In this document: piece by piece, positions 30,320-40,527 of the stretch
How the letters are laid out: each line of letters starts with the position of its first letter
Numbering within the stretch: position 1 is the first letter of the stretch
Origin: an uncultured delta proteobacterium
GTDB lineage: Bacteria; Bdellovibrionota; FAC87; UBA2466
Reading direction: 5' to 3'
Assembly: GCA_963778115.1 (NCBI GenBank)
Contig: CAVZSV010000006.1
Coordinates: forward strand, 32,001 to 96,000
DNA length: 64,000 nucleotides
Position numbers and translations under genes: made by a program
Notes under the pieces: model-generated
Told to the model about the DNA's origin: nothing
What the model saw: only the letters and a program-made list of their open reading frames with translations
Database searches by the model: none

Positions 30320-30498
30320 GAAGCAAGCCCTTTCGCATGGGCGTTGGCCTTCACAATCTTCACAATTGCCAAGTGTTCATTCCTAATCGAATGCCCCAGC
30401 TGCAAAATTTCTTCTTCTTCCTTTGGTAAGATCTTCATATGAAGGAGAATCCTATGCAAGGCATGCGCATTAAGAGTCACAAAAACGGAAATATTCAC
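30316..30498 (-). CDS. Small hypothetical protein
   Basis: GAAAGGAGAG RBS before a GTG start. No family recognised. Confidence 0.4.
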   Translation of the reverse strand: MNISVFVTLNAHALHRILLHMKILPKEEEEILQLGHSIRNEHLAIVKIVKANAHAKGLAS

Positions 30499-30822
30499 AC
30501 CTCTTCCTTTCGTTCGGGCGCAAATTCCTCATTCCATGCGCGGCCCAATTTTTGGGAAGCGATCCGTCCTGAGAAGCCTCAAGCGGCAAGCGCTCGGGTT
30601 CGTGCGGTAAATGATTTCTCAGAGAAGAAAGCGACTACCCCGGCGAAGAAAGTGGCCATGGCAAAGCGAAAGAGGTAATACCTCCGCTGATCCTCTCAAA
30701 TTGTTTACTTCGGGTTTGCATTTTGCCACACAAGTTCATCTAGGCGCGCCCAGGTAACCTCATACTAATCTGGTACGTGTTTTGCTCTCTTAAGCGGATA
30801 ACAAGTAACGGAGGTTATCCCA

Positions 30823-31146
30823 ATGATGAGAGCACATTCGACTCCACCCGGACTGAGTGAGTGGCAGGGTACCATCCCCTTCGACAAGATCATTCTCCAT
30901 CCCAAACATTTATGGAGTCGGGACCTAGAGGTCATCTTGCCATCGGCCATTGTAGCCCTAAGTGTTCTGGGTTCCCTTTTTTACAACATCGTGTTGGGAG
31001 ATGATGTGCTGCACTCGGTATTAACCATGTTTTTGGGAATCGCCACTATGACGTTCGCCTTCACGCTTCTCGTAGCGGTAAAAAGTTATGAAGAAGCGGT
31101 GGAGATCGTGGAGCGAAATCGGAAGTGGATTTTAGACCGCTGGTAG
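30823..31146 (+). CDS. Small hypothetical membrane protein (2 TM)
   Basis: GGAGG RBS and two hydrophobic helices. Confidence 0.6.
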   Translation: MMRAHSTPPGLSEWQGTIPFDKIILHPKHLWSRDLEVILPSAIVALSVLGSLFYNIVLGDDVLHSVLTMFLGIATMTFAFTLLVAVKSYEEAVEIVERNRKWILDRW

Positions 31147-31262
31147 TGGTGTCGAACCGCCCCGGACGGCGTCCCGCATTGGAGGACTGGGAATTCGTTG
31201 CGTCGTCAAAACCCCATTGCTATTTTTTTTAACCTATGTTCAATGGTCGGCGAGGGAACTAA

Positions 31263-32003
31263 ATGAAACGACTCGCCTGCCTTTTTACGTTGGTGGTATC
31301 GATTTTAATCCTGGGCCACTCCGCCCTGGCCTTTTCAGCCGTAGGCGATGAAGAGGCAATGAATACCTCTAGAGCCAAAGAGGGCTCCGATGAAGGTTAT
31401 GGAATCATTAGTGGAAACGTAGCCTTGACTTCGGACTATGTATTTCGCGGACAATCGCAGACCGACCACCAACCCGCCATTCAAGGGGGACTTGACTGGG
31501 CCGGCCCGTATGGAATTTACGTCGGGGCCTGGGGCTCTAACGTCCATTTCGCGGATAGTCCCGCGGCCTTGGAGCTACAGACCTACGTGGGTATCGATTA
31601 TTCCTTCGCCAGACATTGGACCATCGGATCTGGTGTCAATTACTACTCTTATTTTCGTGGTTCTGAAGGAAACACTTGGGAGATTCCCCTACGAGTGGGT
31701 TGGAAAAAGTTCAAAGCCGAAGTCGATTATGCTCCCATCTGGGGAAATCTGGGCGGGAGCTCCTGGTACATTTCCGCGGGTTGGGCCGATAAGATCATCT
31801 ACGAAATTACTTTAGGACTGAATGCCGGCTATTCGTTCTTTGGGCAGGCCGTTCCCTATTTAAATTACGCCGACTTTAGAATCGCGGTTAGTCGCGAATT
31901 GCTGACGGTCAATTGGGAGATTGCCACTACATTCGTTAGCCGCGAACAGTTCAATGGGGCCGATCAACCGAGACTCATCTTTACTGCTTCGAAATCGTTC
32001 TAG
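31263..32003 (+). CDS. TorF-family putative porin (TIGR02001-like)
   Basis: Signal peptide, SDYVFRGQSQT...PAIQGG.D, YVGAWGSNV, C-terminal Phe. Confidence 0.85.
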   Translation: MKRLACLFTLVVSILILGHSALAFSAVGDEEAMNTSRAKEGSDEGYGIISGNVALTSDYVFRGQSQTDHQPAIQGGLDWAGPYGIYVGAWGSNVHFADSPAALELQTYVGIDYSFARHWTIGSGVNYYSYFRGSEGNTWEIPLRVGWKKFKAEVDYAPIWGNLGGSSWYISAGWADKIIYEITLGLNAGYSFFGQAVPYLNYADFRIAVSRELLTVNWEIATTFVSREQFNGADQPRLIFTASKSF

Positions 32004-32722
32004 GAAACGATAAGGTTTCCTTTCCATTCTAACGGTGGAGGGACTTTCCCAAAAAACTCTCGGGTGACGATCGTCCAGAAATAATGACTTTGCTTCACTT
32101 TCAATTCGCCTGTTCGAAAGCAGACCCCTTCCGGAGCAGATAGACATTCGAACTCCAAAAAGTTTAGATGAAATCCGAGACCTCGGTATTTGGCATAAGC
32201 CTCTTTTATCGTCCAATGTTTGATAATTTCCCGCTCCTTTATCGGCGAGGGGAGGGCCTCCCATTTCTCTTCTTCCCGCCCAGTAAAGATACCTTCTAGC
32301 GGGTAGCTTAACTTAAGATCGTCATTGCGTTCGATATCGATTCCGCAAGGGCCGACATCAGAAACGGCGACCATAGCGACTTGATCGCTATGGGCTACGC
32401 TAAACTCTAAGCGAGAACTGTGATTTAGGAGTCTTGTCTTACAGGCCCCATCCAAACCAAACCGCCAGGATTCGGGAGGATGTCCGGTGTAGTGGGAAAG
32501 CCCTAGTCTTAAAAGTGCGCGGGCCGCCGCAAAACGTCGCCGCTCCGCGTGGACTCGATATCGTCGGCATTTTTCAAGTTCCGTATCGTCTAAGATTTCA
32601 AGCCACTCCAGCGGTAGGTCATTGGAGTGATCGAAAGCATGGCCCCATACGGTAATCTGATTTTGGATTTGAGCGGTAGTTTCCAAAGCTATTTTACCTG
32701 AACGGTCGGTATCCCGTGCCAA
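32000..32722 (-). CDS. Sfp-type 4'-phosphopantetheinyl transferase
   Basis: FSVAHS, GIDIE, WTIKEAYAK. Lies directly after the NRPS; the true start may be TTG near 32686. Confidence 0.9.
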   Translation of the reverse strand: MARDTDRSGKIALETTAQIQNQITVWGHAFDHSNDLPLEWLEILDDTELEKCRRYRVHAERRRFAAARALLRLGLSHYTGHPPESWRFGLDGACKTRLLNHSSRLEFSVAHSDQVAMVAVSDVGPCGIDIERNDDLKLSYPLEGIFTGREEEKWEALPSPIKEREIIKHWTIKEAYAKYRGLGFHLNFLEFECLSAPEGVCFRTGELKVKQSHYFWTIVTREFFGKVPPPLEWKGNLIVS

Positions 32723-35700
32723 CGCCCCAAAGGTGCCAGGTTTTCCCCCTTCATAAGTAGTGACAGCGGGCCCAGTAACGACGCTCTTTGCATTTCCGTA
32801 TCGTAGAGCACCACAGCCATGTTACCTACCGAACACTCGTCGCCCACTTTCAAGTAGGAAGACTTCATCACGCGATCTTCGAAGAGATGGGTTTGGATAA
32901 TCGAACCCGCGTTAAGAGAAGCGTAATCTCCGATGGAAACTAAATCGAATTCCGAGAATAGAATCGATTCGATGTAGGTACGGCGTCCAATCTTACAGCC
33001 GATCCTTCTTAAGAAAAACGCTACGAAAGGAGTTCCTAGAAAAGTGGCAAGGGCCGGCGCCATGATGGATTCGTAGATTCCATTAACCATCTCATTCCAC
33101 CATACGTAAGGCGACCATAAAGGCTTAATCACCGGCTTAAAAGTACCCATGACCAGTTTCTTAATGGCGACGGTGCAGGCGATCGTGAACATCGATAGGG
33201 CAAAACCCACAAAGGGGGCTAAGAGAAAAAGACCCCATACACCGTAACGAATAAGAAGGTGGTAGCCCATGGTAACGCTTAACACGGCGACGGTGAGTCC
33301 AATGTAGCCCGGAATAAGAATCCGCAAGCCATCGATAAGCGCTCGTTGGAAGTAGAGTTTCTTGGAAGGGCGAAAGGTGACATCCGCTGAAAAGTTTCCG
33401 ACCTTCGGACGATAGGGCAAGGGAAAGGGCGGGGAGCCTAGCCATTCCGAACCGTCGGGCACGGATCGGTTCTCCGTTTTAGGGGTAATCGACTGCACTC
33501 CTAAAAGGCATCGATCTCCCAAGCTGTGTCCCATTGGAAGGATGGCGCTATTTCCCACGAAGCTGCGTGTCCCAATACGATTGATACCGATCTCAAACTT
33601 GCCGTCGTAAAGGCGCTTGCCTCCGACTATCGAACCATCTGCAAAAAAGCTCTCCTCTGCTACTTCTACGAGCTCTGGGGAGAAGGCCCAGACGGTGGAG
33701 AGTTCGGCTCGGGCTCCGATTTTGGCTCCCATTATCCGCAACCACGGTGGAAAATAGATCGTCGTATAGAGCGGTAGGAAAAGAGAACGCGTAGCGGTCA
33801 TCAATCCGTCGGATAGCCATTTGCGCAAGTAAAACGGGCTATAGATAGAGTACACGCCAGGTTCGGCGCTCTTTAGAATCCGCTTTTTGAGCCAAGCGAC
33901 AAAGAGGCAATAGATAACGACTCCCGAAGGGATTGACGCCACCATGGAAACGACAAGCCAACCGATACCCCCTTTCAGATACGCTACTAGCCAGCCACCC
34001 AGGAATCCCAATCCGGGAACGGCTCCTACATATCCGACCACGGTGGCCGCCAAGTAGTGAAGAATGCCGTAGAGAATGCGGCGAGGTTTCACCTCAAGAT
34101 CAGACTGGGGAAGGGCTACATCCGCGGGAAGTGCTGGGGAACCCCGGTAACCCTTTCCGGCCTTGAGAGTTTGACCATCGGGAAGCAGCGACTGATCATC
34201 TAGCGCAGCTCCGTCCTGCATCCGGGTATTTAGCCCAAGGGCACTATGGATCCCGACAAAGCATTTAGCCCCCACGTCCACGCGTCCGATTTTAACCATT
34301 CCGTCTTCAACCCGATAGCCGGTTAATTGAGAATCGGCTCCGATGCTGGTGTTCTCTCCGATCGAGATAACATCCCAGCAAGAGATAGCTCCCGTGTTTA
34401 TGGTGCAGTTCTTTCCTATCTTGGCTCCCATGAGTCTTAGATAGAGGGGCATGACAGGCGTTCCTACGAAACCCGCTGCCCCACTAAAAGCTTGCAGACG
34501 TCCGGCCAACCAAAATCTAAAATATTTGAGACTCCATAGCGGAAACTCTTCCACTTGGTATCTTCCGATAAGGACCCATTTGGCTCCGATACCTATGAGG
34601 AGCATGACAGGCCAAGTTATCAGCGAAATGACTAATGCCCATACCACAGCTGGTAACCAATTTAGCGTTCCTTGATAGACTCGGGCCGCCAAAAGAAAAA
34701 TAGCGGTCGCTGGAATCAAAACAAAAGCATAGAGCAAGTACATCGAAAGTGCTTGCGAGATCGTTGTCGTCCAGCGGGTAAGGGCGGATAGGCTTTCGAA
34801 AACCTCTCGACTGGTCTTTCGTGTTCTCTCGGGCGCTGAAGCCTTAGGAATTTCCGCTACAGCGGTGAGGTGAAACGCCAATTTTCGAATCGTGGGGTAA
34901 CGGTAGGCATCCCGAACGGTGACGTCTGCCTTTATCTCTTTTCTAAGTAACGTTACCATTTGGGCCGCGACCAGCGAGTGGCCGCCCAGGTCGAGAAAAA
35001 AATCATCTTCGACCGATATTTTGGGAAGGGAGAAGACCTTTTTCCAAGCCTCCGCAATCGTATTTTCCATTTCCGACTCTGGCTCGATGACCTCCTCGGA
35101 CAGACGAATCAGAGGGGCGATGGGAGGCGGAAGCCTTGCACGATCGGTCTTTCCACTCGTCAACATCGGGAAGGCTTCTAGAATATCGAGAAAGCCCGGG
35201 ATCATGTAGTAGGGCATTCGCGATTCTAAGAGATCGAGTATCTCTAGGCGGTCTAGCTCGCTCTTCGGATCGTGAAGCGTCACGTAAGCGGCCAGCTCCT
35301 GAAGGCCATTTCTCTCAAAAAGTCTTACGGCGGCTGAACGAACGGACTTGTGTTCCAAAAGAACCGCTTCAATTTCCGAAAGCTCCACTCGAAAACCGCG
35401 AATCTTTACTTGGCTATCGATGCGGCCAAAAAATTCCAAGTCTCCGTCGCTATTCCAACGAACCAGATCTCCCGTCCGATAGAGTCGCTTGGAGTTGCCA
35501 TAGACGGAGACATCCATAAATTTCTCGGCCGTAAGATCGGGCCTCTTAAGATAGCCCCTGGCCAGTCCCGGACCTCCGACGTAAAGTTCTCCCTTTTCTC
35601 CGGGGGCAACGGGCTGCATCTTTTCATCGAGCAAGTAAGCCTCATAACCGCGTAAAGGTTTTCCTATCGTGACAGGAGCTCCCTTCAGGCAGTCGACGGA

Positions 35701-36690
35701 AGTCGTGTTAACCGTGGCTTCGGTCGGCCCATAAACATTAAGAATCCGTCGCCCGGGCTTGGCCCACCGATTTACTAGTTCTAAAGGACATCGCTCTCCG
35801 CTCACTACAAGATAGCGGAGCGAGGGAATATCTTCGGTGATGGTAGCCACGAGTGTCGGGACGGTGGAGAAGTAGGTGACCTCGTGCTTGTTAAGAAAGG
35901 CCGCCAGTTCGTCACCGAACTTTGGCGTGTTCTTATTGGGCACCACCAAGGGCGCTCCATTTGAAAACGCCATCCACATTTCTTCCACTGAGCCGTCGAA
36001 TCCAAGCGAGAACCCTTGGTAGATGCGGTCGATGGAACTAGCTTGGCAAATCTCGTTAAACGCTAAAACAAACTGATACACGTTACGGTGTTCCGTCATT
36101 ACCCCTTTGGGCCGACCCGTTGTTCCCGAAGTGTAGATGACATAACAAAGATCGAAGGGAGACACTCGGGTTTCATTCGAGCTAAGTCGCCATACAGGAA
36201 ATTGATCGATTCCAGAAGATTTCTCGTCCACCACCAATTGCTCAATTTTAAAAAGTTCACCGGCCTTTTGCTTAAGGGAACTTTCGGTCAATACGACAGA
36301 GAGCTGAGCCTCTTCGACGATATGTCGGATCCGTTCAGCAGGGTATACGGGATCGATCGGAACATAGGCGGCCCCTGCTTTTAACACCCCCAAAATACTA
36401 ATGATGGGGTTAACCGAACGCTCCAGATAAAGGCCGACAAATTTTCCTCTACCGACTCCCAGAAAGCAGAGGTTTCGCGCTATCTGGTTCGAGAGCCTAT
36501 CGAGTTCCAGGTAGGTAAGTGTCTGCTCATCGGAAATGAGTGCCGCGGCATGAGGGGTGGTATCGACTCGAGCTTCAAAGAGTTCATGCAGGCAGCCATA
36601 AGACGGTAACTCTACTTCATGGATGCGATCGGCATGACGGGGTTGAATAGGCGAAGATGGTCGGTTCGTGTCGATTCCCAAGTAGTCCAT
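32689..36690 (-). CDS. Pls/PosA-like single-module membrane NRPS (A-T plus three TM-separated beta-helix-like domains)
   Basis: YTSGTTGRPKG, YGPTE, YRTGD, KIRGFRVEL, T-domain FFLDLGGHSL, then three repeats of (MGAKIG/IGCKIG + hexapeptide-like + GSP/GIP) separated by TM pairs. No C or TE domain. Confidence 0.9.
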   Translation of the reverse strand: MDYLGIDTNRPSSPIQPRHADRIHEVELPSYGCLHELFEARVDTTPHAAALISDEQTLTYLELDRLSNQIARNLCFLGVGRGKFVGLYLERSVNPIISILGVLKAGAAYVPIDPVYPAERIRHIVEEAQLSVVLTESSLKQKAGELFKIEQLVVDEKSSGIDQFPVWRLSSNETRVSPFDLCYVIYTSGTTGRPKGVMTEHRNVYQFVLAFNEICQASSIDRIYQGFSLGFDGSVEEMWMAFSNGAPLVVPNKNTPKFGDELAAFLNKHEVTYFSTVPTLVATITEDIPSLRYLVVSGERCPLELVNRWAKPGRRILNVYGPTEATVNTTSVDCLKGAPVTIGKPLRGYEAYLLDEKMQPVAPGEKGELYVGGPGLARGYLKRPDLTAEKFMDVSVYGNSKRLYRTGDLVRWNSDGDLEFFGRIDSQVKIRGFRVELSEIEAVLLEHKSVRSAAVRLFERNGLQELAAYVTLHDPKSELDRLEILDLLESRMPYYMIPGFLDILEAFPMLTSGKTDRARLPPPIAPLIRLSEEVIEPESEMENTIAEAWKKVFSLPKISVEDDFFLDLGGHSLVAAQMVTLLRKEIKADVTVRDAYRYPTIRKLAFHLTAVAEIPKASAPERTRKTSREVFESLSALTRWTTTISQALSMYLLYAFVLIPATAIFLLAARVYQGTLNWLPAVVWALVISLITWPVMLLIGIGAKWVLIGRYQVEEFPLWSLKYFRFWLAGRLQAFSGAAGFVGTPVMPLYLRLMGAKIGKNCTINTGAISCWDVISIGENTSIGADSQLTGYRVEDGMVKIGRVDVGAKCFVGIHSALGLNTRMQDGAALDDQSLLPDGQTLKAGKGYRGSPALPADVALPQSDLEVKPRRILYGILHYLAATVVGYVGAVPGLGFLGGWLVAYLKGGIGWLVVSMVASIPSGVVIYCLFVAWLKKRILKSAEPGVYSIYSPFYLRKWLSDGLMTATRSLFLPLYTTIYFPPWLRIMGAKIGARAELSTVWAFSPELVEVAEESFFADGSIVGGKRLYDGKFEIGINRIGTRSFVGNSAILPMGHSLGDRCLLGVQSITPKTENRSVPDGSEWLGSPPFPLPYRPKVGNFSADVTFRPSKKLYFQRALIDGLRILIPGYIGLTVAVLSVTMGYHLLIRYGVWGLFLLAPFVGFALSMFTIACTVAIKKLVMGTFKPVIKPLWSPYVWWNEMVNGIYESIMAPALATFLGTPFVAFFLRRIGCKIGRRTYIESILFSEFDLVSIGDYASLNAGSIIQTHLFEDRVMKSSYLKVGDECSVGNMAVVLYDTEMQRASLLGPLSLLMKGENLAPLGRWHGIPTVQVK

Positions 36691-36852
36691 GGCTCCCCCA
36701 ACGCGGGTCTGGAGTGCAGGAATCGTTCCATCGCTTGACCTTAAATTGTGCTCAAATAGGCTCCCGTTCGGTGTCAGACACGAACGCTACCAGGTAATTT
36801 TTACAAAGAAATGCCGTTTCAAGACGCGGGCGCTTTGCGGCTTGCCTGAAGT

Positions 36853-37398
36853 CTATGATTTTAGCAGAGCGTCAATTTGGGACGTTAGGGTGGTGTCGGA
36901 CGGTTCGACGGCCGAAGGGAACCGTTTCACAAGGTGGCCGTGTTTATCGATAAGGAATTTCTCGAAGTTCCATTTCACAGGACCGGTCTGTTTGGAATCC
37001 GCTTCTGTCGTCAACCATTTGAAAACGGGCTGAGCGTTATTTCCGGTAACCGGTGCTTTGGAGAAAAGGGGAAAGGTGATGTGATAACTGACATCGCAAA
37101 ACTTCTTAATCTCGGAATTGGTTCCGGGCTCTTGGGCGCCGAAATCATTACTGGGAAATCCCAAGACGGTAAAACCCTTACCCGCATACTTTTCCTGCAA
37201 GGCTTCTAAGCTTTTGTACTGAGGAGTGTAGCCGCATCGCGACGCGGTATTGACGACAAGAAGCACCTTACCTTTGTACTGATTTAAGGTCTCTTCTTTG
37301 GAGTCGATATTGGAAACCTTGAAATCATAAAGTGTCTGGGCCATCGAACTTGCTCCTTGAATCAAGAAAAAGAGGGTCATGAGTAATCGTATCGTCAT
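36853..37398 (-). CDS. Glutathione peroxidase (Cys type, signal peptide)
   Basis: VNTASRCGYT, GFPSNDFG.QEPG, WNFEKFL. Confidence 0.95.
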   Translation of the reverse strand: MTIRLLMTLFFLIQGASSMAQTLYDFKVSNIDSKEETLNQYKGKVLLVVNTASRCGYTPQYKSLEALQEKYAGKGFTVLGFPSNDFGAQEPGTNSEIKKFCDVSYHITFPLFSKAPVTGNNAQPVFKWLTTEADSKQTGPVKWNFEKFLIDKHGHLVKRFPSAVEPSDTTLTSQIDALLKS

Positions 37399-37497
37399 AG
37401 GGAGGGATAGTGATCTGAAAGGTAAGTGTAGTCAATGGGGTAAAGCCTTACCTACGGGGGGAACTTAGGACGGACCTGAAGGGGCTGTCCAAGGCTG

Positions 37498-38106
37498 TCA
37501 TGGGGACGAAATGGAATAATTAAAACTAAGCGACACTCTCGGCTGCTTCGATCGGTTAGGAAGCACCTCGTGTCTGAGCCAACTTTCAAAAAGGATAAAA
37601 TGTCCGGCGATGGCAGGGATTTCTAGAAAGAGGGGAGTTTTAATTCTTGAAGGGGCGTTCATATAGAGTCCCATTCGAGGGTCTTCGATCCTAAGCGGAG
37701 AGCTGTTCTTAGGAGCCGTGACATAATAGACTCCGCTAATTACCGAATGAGGATGAAGGTGCAAGGAATGGTGGGCGTGCTCCGGCATAATGTTCATCCA
37801 GCAGTCGGTCATCTCCAGTTTGAGCCCTCGAATCGCCCAGTCCTGATCTTTGGCAAACGCTTCGCCGTGGGGTTGCATGAGTTCTGAAAAACGAGAAAAC
37901 GATCGGGCCCGAAAGTGCAGATCGGTTAGAGAAGCATAAGAGGTATATCCTCCAGGATAGTTCGTTTTCGACCAGTCTCTTCCCATTCTGTCTTGAAGCG
38001 AGAGATCTTCGATCTCTTGCAACATTTGACGATTAAGTGCAGTCGACTGCGAAAGCGAACCGTGGGCAATCAAAGTGGCAAAGTGAGGTTTTACTTTTAG
38101 CTTCAT
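37498..38106 (-). CDS. TIGR02466-like putative 2OG-Fe(II) oxygenase
   Basis: GYTSYASL, HLHPHSVISGVYY, FESWLRHEV, RVSLSFN. Confidence 0.85.
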   Translation of the reverse strand: MKLKVKPHFATLIAHGSLSQSTALNRQMLQEIEDLSLQDRMGRDWSKTNYPGGYTSYASLTDLHFRARSFSRFSELMQPHGEAFAKDQDWAIRGLKLEMTDCWMNIMPEHAHHSLHLHPHSVISGVYYVTAPKNSSPLRIEDPRMGLYMNAPSRIKTPLFLEIPAIAGHFILFESWLRHEVLPNRSKQPRVSLSFNYSISSP

Positions 38107-38182
38107 GCCTAGAGCGGTATAGCATGATCTTTACGAAGTGCAGCTAAAAAGCGGAAGTAGTAAACTTTCCTGGGAACCCTTA

Positions 38183-38566
38183 ATGAGGCGAGCATTAAAA
38201 ATAGCGGATTGGACGAAATATAAGAAGGGGTTATGCGATGACTGTTGGGCTCGATGTTGTCATGGCTGGCCGGTTCAGGCGAGCGTTCCCGATATGATTC
38301 GACTGGGGTACCTTTCGGAACGGGAAGCCGCGTCTGATCTGCCGGCGGTGGTCCGGCGTCTTACCAAGCAAAAAGTCATTCGCAGCTTTAGCGCAAAAAG
38401 TCTAGTCTTTGTCTTGGCTCAGCAAAAGAACGGAGATTGTGTGTTTCTCAACGAAAAAAGGCGCTGTTCCGTTTACTCCAATCGACCTGAGATCTGCCGA
38501 GCGTTTCCTAAGATGGGGGCTCGCCCCAATTTCTGTCCCTACGAGGCCAAAGAGAGAGACGCCTAG
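38183..38566 (+). CDS. YkgJ-family Cys-cluster (Zn/Fe-chelating) protein
   Basis: CDDCWARCC...CVFL...CSVYSNRPEICRAFP. Confidence 0.88.
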   Translation: MRRALKIADWTKYKKGLCDDCWARCCHGWPVQASVPDMIRLGYLSEREAASDLPAVVRRLTKQKVIRSFSAKSLVFVLAQQKNGDCVFLNEKRRCSVYSNRPEICRAFPKMGARPNFCPYEAKERDA

Positions 38567-38575
38567 GAGGCTTGC

Positions 38576-38755
38576 ATGCAAGAAGATGTGGTCATCGATT
38601 GCCCTTTTTGCGGAGAACCGGTTGGCTTTCTTATTGATGCTTCCGTCGCCCGCCAAACGTACATCGAAGATTGTTCCGTCTGTTGCCGTCCCATCCAATT
38701 CAACGTGACCTGTTCAGAAGGGGCCATTGTCTCGTTAGACGTGGAGAGGACTTAA
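38576..38755 (+). CDS. CPXCG-motif cysteine-rich small protein (59 aa, below the ORF-track cutoff)
   Basis: GGAGG RBS, then MQEDVVIDCPFCGEPVGFLIDASVARQTYIEDCSVCCRPIQFNV... Confidence 0.88.
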   Translation: MQEDVVIDCPFCGEPVGFLIDASVARQTYIEDCSVCCRPIQFNVTCSEGAIVSLDVERT

Positions 38756-38766
38756 ATGCGACGAGC

Positions 38767-40527
38767 CTACGAGCTGGCCACGGTATAGGAACGGCGGCGC
38801 GCCTGGCCGCAATGCGTGATGGCACGAGACCGAATGAGATATTTCAAATCGAATTGAAGGGTGCGACGGCTACAAGAAAACTTCCGCTCCAAATCCGCAA
38901 TCGAAAGGGGGCGGGAAGACTTCGCAATAGCGGCAAGAATGTTCTCTCGTCGATAAAAGACATTCGATTCTTCAGCAGGCGTGCTGCGATAGCGAACGGT
39001 AAGGGTAGATCGTAAACTCAAATGGCCCTCACGTCGAACGACGGCCGACGTATCTCCCAAAAGAGTTCGAGTGCGATCGATCAAAGAATTGAACCGCCTT
39101 TCGTGGGTCAGCGGATTAAATTCGGTTCCGTAAAGTTCGGCAAAGAGATCTTGAATGCTTACGGGGCTAGTCTGTCGCATCAACCGTTGGAGAAACTTCC
39201 AAATTAGCGGACGTTTGGAAAGATCAATGTGAGCCTTTCGATATTTTAGCGTACGAAGTAAAGAGTCGGCTTCAATTTCGTCGTTTTCGTTTCCAGAGGA
39301 CTCCGCGGGGGGCATGTCGGAGCGCGTTCCCATCACCCCCTCCGAAAGGGAGTGGTAAAGCGCCTGAGTTCTTTGGATCCTGCGCTCCGCTCCGTCGTGA
39401 ACGGCGTCTTGATGGTAGGACGCCAAGAGTGAGCGTGCTTTCTCGAATTGGCCGGTTCGAATGAGCCCTTGAATGTGGTGGAAACGGAAATCGACCAGAC
39501 TCATCGCTTGTTGACGCGTCACGGACAGTTGTTCCGTTTGTTGGGCCAGTTTAAGAAGATATTCATAGTCTCCTGCGCGAAAAAGCCTAATCAAAATTAC
39601 ATCAAACAAATAAAGCTGATGAACACTTAGGATTTGCAGAAGTTTCCAACGCTGAATTCGCTTTCGTACCTCTTCGCGGGACACCAGATCGGTACGGCTT
39701 AGATCCGAAAGCTCTTGGAAGACGATCTGGTGTTCGCTGGCAAGCCCTGTGACGGGCCATGTGTTTTCCAGCTCCCAGAAAGATTCAAAGTTGTCGTTGC
39801 GCAAATAAAGATATCCCAGCAAGCAGACTAATCCTCCCTTATCCCGCTGGCGATTCAGATAATCCGCCACATGAATGAGAGGTTCTAAAAGAGAGACGGC
39901 CCTATCGTCCTCTTCGCGATCGACGAGGCGATAGATCTCCATGCGTTCGTAGTGCAATCTGGTGGTCGGTGTGGGTGAATTCAAGACAAGCCCGCGAAGT
40001 CTTTCGTAGGCAAGGTCAAATAAAATTCTTTCGTTGAGGTGATTATAAGCAACACACAGATTGAACCACGCGACAGAGGCGTGACAAAAAAGTTTTAACT
40101 CGCAGTAAAGGGCGGCGGCTTCCTTATGATGTTTCGTGGCGGCCCGATATTGGTCCGCTAAATTAAAGGCGAAACCAAGTATGAGTTGATACTCGGCCTT
40201 GATGAAGATGCTTTTCCACGAGTCGGAAAGCGGAGGCGGATTCCACTGAAAAAGCTGGTCTAAAACGGCCTCTATCTCTTTTTTTCGATACAAAAGTAGC
40301 TGCAAGGACAAAAACTGTCTCAGTTCCGGAGCGCTTTCGAAGGACTTGGATGTGGATTCGAATAGTTTTTGGGCCGCTTCGTTGTTTCCCAGCACCAAGG
40401 CCGCTCGGATCACAAGATAGGCTTCCATTTCGGTGCGCGCCTCGCTTTCCAATTGTAGCAATTGGTAATGGTCCAGAGGGGAAAGTCGCCTCTGAAACGA
40501 GGGGGCTAATTTTGAATCCTCTCGCAT
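38767..40527 (-). CDS. Putative transcriptional regulator: TPR-like helical region plus two winged-helix domains
   Basis: Helical N-terminal region, OmpR-like IQDLFAELYG...NSLIDRTR, and C-terminal DeoR-like LSIADLERKFSCSRRTLQFDL...G.ARR.SY. Confidence 0.7.
   Translation of the reverse strand: MREDSKLAPSFQRRLSPLDHYQLLQLESEARTEMEAYLVIRAALVLGNNEAAQKLFESTSKSFESAPELRQFLSLQLLLYRKKEIEAVLDQLFQWNPPPLSDSWKSIFIKAEYQLILGFAFNLADQYRAATKHHKEAAALYCELKLFCHASVAWFNLCVAYNHLNERILFDLAYERLRGLVLNSPTPTTRLHYERMEIYRLVDREEDDRAVSLLEPLIHVADYLNRQRDKGGLVCLLGYLYLRNDNFESFWELENTWPVTGLASEHQIVFQELSDLSRTDLVSREEVRKRIQRWKLLQILSVHQLYLFDVILIRLFRAGDYEYLLKLAQQTEQLSVTRQQAMSLVDFRFHHIQGLIRTGQFEKARSLLASYHQDAVHDGAERRIQRTQALYHSLSEGVMGTRSDMPPAESSGNENDEIEADSLLRTLKYRKAHIDLSKRPLIWKFLQRLMRQTSPVSIQDLFAELYGTEFNPLTHERRFNSLIDRTRTLLGDTSAVVRREGHLSLRSTLTVRYRSTPAEESNVFYRRENILAAIAKSSRPLSIADLERKFSCSRRTLQFDLKYLIRSRAITHCGQARRRSYTVASS

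Noticed and set aside
30439..30721. Short ORFs on either strand upstream of the 60-aa gene
   Set aside because: No recognisable family, conflicting overlaps and early stops, so a gene or pseudogene call is not supportable.
36853..37398. Selenocysteine glutathione peroxidase
   Set aside because: The active-site codon is Cys (TGC) and there is no in-frame TGA.
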